From the human T2T-CHM13v2.0 reference genome, Homo sapiens: a stretch of 64,000 nucleotides of DNA. The DNA lies in assembly GCF_009914755.1 (NCBI RefSeq), contig NC_060939.1; one strand, given 5' to 3'. The notes beneath the pieces are model-generated. The model saw only the letters and a list, made by a program, of their open reading frames with translations. It was not told where the DNA came from and did not search any database. Each line of letters starts with the position of its first letter. The first letter of the stretch is position 1. Positions 60,703-64,000 of this stretch are shown piece after piece. The position numbers and the translations under genes were made by a program.

Positions 60703-62588
60703 CCTAGCCAGAGCAACCAGATAAGAGAAAGAAATAAAGGGCATCCAAATTGGTAAAGAGGAAGTGAAACTGTCACTGCTCACTGATGATATAATCATAT
60801 ACCTGGAAAACCCTAAAGACTCATCCAAAAAGCTCCTAGGTCTGATAAATGAATTCAGTAATGTTTCAGGATACAAAATCAATGTACACAAATCAGTAGC
60901 ACTGCTATATACCAACAGCGGCCAAGCTGAGAATCAAATCAATAACTCAACCCCTTTTATAATAGCTGCAAAAAACAAAATAAAATACTTAGGAATACAC
61001 CTAACCAAGGAGGTGAAAGTCCTCTACAAGGAAAACTATAAAACACTGCTGAAAGAAACCACAGATGACACAAATGGAAACACATCCCATGCTTGTGGAT
61101 GGGCAGAATAAATATTGTGAAAATGACCAGAGTGCCAAAAGCAATCAACAAATTCAATGCAATTTCCATCAAAATACCACCATCATTCTTCATAGAAAAA
61201 ATGATCCTAAAGTTCATATGGAACCAAAAAAGAGCTCACATAGCCAAAGCAAGACTAAGCAAAAAGAACAAATCTGGAGGTGTCACATTACCCAACTTCA
61301 AACTATACTGTAAGGCTACAGTCACCAAAACAGCCTGGTACTGGTGTAAAAATAGGCACGTAGACCAATTTGAACAGAACAGAGAACCAAGAAATAAAGC
61401 CAAATACTACAGCCAACTGATCTTCAACAAAGCAAACAAAAAACAAAGTGGAAAGAGGATACCCTATTCAACAAATGGTGCGGGGTAATTAGCTAGCCAC
61501 ATGTAGAAGAATGAAACTGGATCCTCATCTCACCTTACACAAAAATCAACTCCAGATGAATCAAAGATGTACATCTAGGACCTGAAACGATAAAAATTCT
61601 AAAAGATAACATCGGAAAAACCCTTCTAGATATTGGCTTAGGCAAAGACTTCATGTCCAAGAACCCAAAAGCAAATGCAACAAAAACAAAGATAAATAGG
61701 CGGAACTTAAATAAACTAAAAAGCTTCTGCACAGCAAACGAAATAACCAGCAGAGTAAATAGACAACCCAAAGGGTGGGAGAAAATCTTCACAAACTATG
61801 CATCCGACAAAAGACTACTATCCAGAATCTACATGGAACTCAAACAAATCAGCAAGAAAAAAAACAATCCATCAAAAGTGGGCTAAGGACATGAAAAGAC
61901 AATTCTCAAAAGAAGGTATACAAATGGCCAACAAACATATGAAAAAATGCTCAACATCACTAATCAGGGAAATGCAAATCAAAACCACAATGCAATACCA
62001 CCTTACTCCTGCAAGAATGGCCATAATCAAAAAATATTAGATATTGGCACGGATGTGGTGAAAGGGAACACTTTTTACACTGCTGGTGGGAATGTAAATT
62101 AGTACAACCACTATGGAAAACAGTATGGAGATTCCTTAAAGAACTAAAAGTAGATTTACCATTTGACCCAGCAAATCCCACTCCTGAGTATCTACCCAGA
62201 GGAAAAGAAGTCATCATATGAACAAGACATTTGCACAGGCATGTTTATAGCAGTACAATTCGCAATTGCAAAAAAATATGGAGCCAGCTCAAATGCCCGA
62301 GTAGATAAAGCATGATATATATATATATATACACATATATATACACATATATACATATATACATATATACACACATATATACACATATACACACATATAT
62401 ACACATATATACACACATATACATATATACACATACACACACGTACACATATACACATATATACACACATATATACATATATACACATACATGCATAGAT
62501 ACACATATATACATATATACACATATATACACACACATATATACATATATACACATATATACATATAGACACATGTATACACATATAT

Positions 62589-62635
<47 letters not shown>

Positions 62636-62991
62636 GGAATACTACTCAGCCATAAAAAAGAACAAAATAATGGCAGTGGCAGCAACCTGGATGGAATTGG
62701 AGACCATTATTCTAAGTGAAGTAACTCAGGAATGGAAAACCTGAGAACTTACAAGTTTTCACTTCTAAGTGGGAGCTAAGCTATGAGGATGCATAGGCAT
62801 AAGAATGATAAAATGGACTTTGGGGACACAGGGGGAAGGGTGGGAGGGGGGTGAGGGGTACACATGGGGTACAGCGTACACTGCTTGGCGATGGGTGCAC
62901 CAAAAATCTCAGAAATCACCACTAAAGAACTTATCTGTGTAACCAACCACCACCTGTTCCCTGAAAACCTATGAAATAAAAATTAAAAAAA
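60703..62991 (+). mobile_element. L1PB1-like, 5' truncated
   Basis: ORF2 RT/C-terminal remnants ([19 protein letters not shown]); 3' UTR gggagctaagctatgaggatgc; poly-A; TSD aaaaacagcctag / aaaaacagtctag. Confidence 0.93.
62314..62631. repeat. Compound (TA)n/(CATA)n/(CA)n microsatellite within the L1PB1
   Basis: ~320 bp of alternating purine-pyrimidine sequence ending in a pure (CA)n run. Confidence 0.97.
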
Positions 62992-63232
62992 AAAAACAGT
63001 CTAGGAATACTGCTGCATAAACAGTTTTTCAAATGAAGTAGAGAACTGGCATTAGAAGATATTTTCTACTGTTTCTCCAATGCCTTAACTCTTCTTTCAC
63101 ACAAACCTCCACAATTAAAAAACTACTTCATACTCAAATAAAATCTACAAATATTGTAGCACGCCTAGAAAGAAGGCAGTTTTTCAGCATTTGAAATATT
63201 CAACTAATTATTCCAAAATATTTAAGAATTGA

Positions 63233-63531
63233 AGCAGGATGTGATGGCTCATGCCTGCAATCACAGCACTTTGGGAGGCTGAGGCGGGAGGATCACCTGA
63301 GCCCAGGAGTTTGCAATCATCCTGGGCAACACAGGGAAACTGTCTCCAAAAAATAATTTTAAAAATTAGCCGGATGTGGTGGCATGCCCCTGTGGTCCCA
63401 GTTACTCAGGAGGCTTAGGTGGGAGGATCGTTTGAGCCCGGGAGGTCAAGTCTGCAGTGAGCCATGATCATGCCACTGCACTCCAGCCTAAGTAACGGAG
63501 TGAGACCCCATCTCAAAAACAAACAAACACA
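63233..63531 (+). mobile_element. AluJ
   Basis: Dimer; TSD aaaatatttaaga. Confidence 0.9.
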
Positions 63532-63734
63532 AAAATATTTAAGAGTGGTACCATGGCATCTTCCCTTGCGATAACAAAACTGAATCTACTTTGAAAATTA
63601 AGAGGGGACCCTAACTTTAAACAATAAAAGTGCTCCTGTCAATGTGGGTGAAAGTATAAATGTACTGGAAAATTAAAATCTTTATTTTTAAATGGAATAT
63701 TTCTATCATCTTTTATATTATTTAGCACACACAT

Positions 63735-63940
63735 GATACTATGCTTCAGGCATTATTTTAAGTACTTTTCAAATATGAGCTCATTAAAAACCCTCTGAGG
63801 TTGATGCTATCACTTCCCCCATTTTACACATAAGAAAACTAAGGCACCAGGAAAGAAAGTGATTTTCCCAAGTGGTAAAGATGAGATTCAGCTCCAGGCA
63901 GTCTGGGTCCCAAATCCATGTTCTTAACCACAATGTTGCT
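63735..63940 (-). mobile_element. MIR
   Basis: ccccattttacacataagaaaactaaggcac. Confidence 0.7.
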
Positions 63941-64000
63941 TACTCTCAGAAAGTAACATGCTCATGAAAGCCCAGTGTTTGACGCATAGTTAAGCATTTA

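Noticed and set aside
60764-62040. RT-like ORFs
   Set aside because: Frameshifted ORF2 remnants of a 5'-truncated L1PB1
62192-62719. Long CVY/THI-rich ORFs
   Set aside because: Artefacts of a dinucleotide microsatellite lacking stop codons

Overview
This is primate (catarrhine, human-like) genomic DNA, not microbial. It is AT-rich and, by eye, about half or more transposon-derived. It holds about 28 Alu/FAM/FLAM/FRAM copies, a decayed near-full-length L1MA1-3-type LINE (47.1-55.1 kb), a 5'-truncated L1PB1, a heavily nested L1MB block (13.5-18.8 kb), six LTR/MaLR elements, Tigger and hAT-Charlie MITEs, and many MIR/L2 relics. The long L1s and all oriented LTRs lie on +, and the unique sequence is A-rich on +. 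That pattern is expected inside a long intron of a gene transcribed on the minus strand; I cannot identify the gene. No protein-coding exon, RNA gene or CRISPR array could be recognised, and the supplied ORFs are Alu-, L1- or microsatellite-derived or chance. I found no convincing new biological system. The best leads are a compact minus-strand GC-box/CEBP/TATA promoter-like module at ~9.9 kb, several well-formed minus-strand cryptic or poison exon candidates, a candidate recursive splice site, enhancer-like motif clusters, tightly spaced inverted Alu pairs, and several readable mutational scars. Repeat subfamily calls come from remembered consensus sequences, and boundaries of old elements are approximate.
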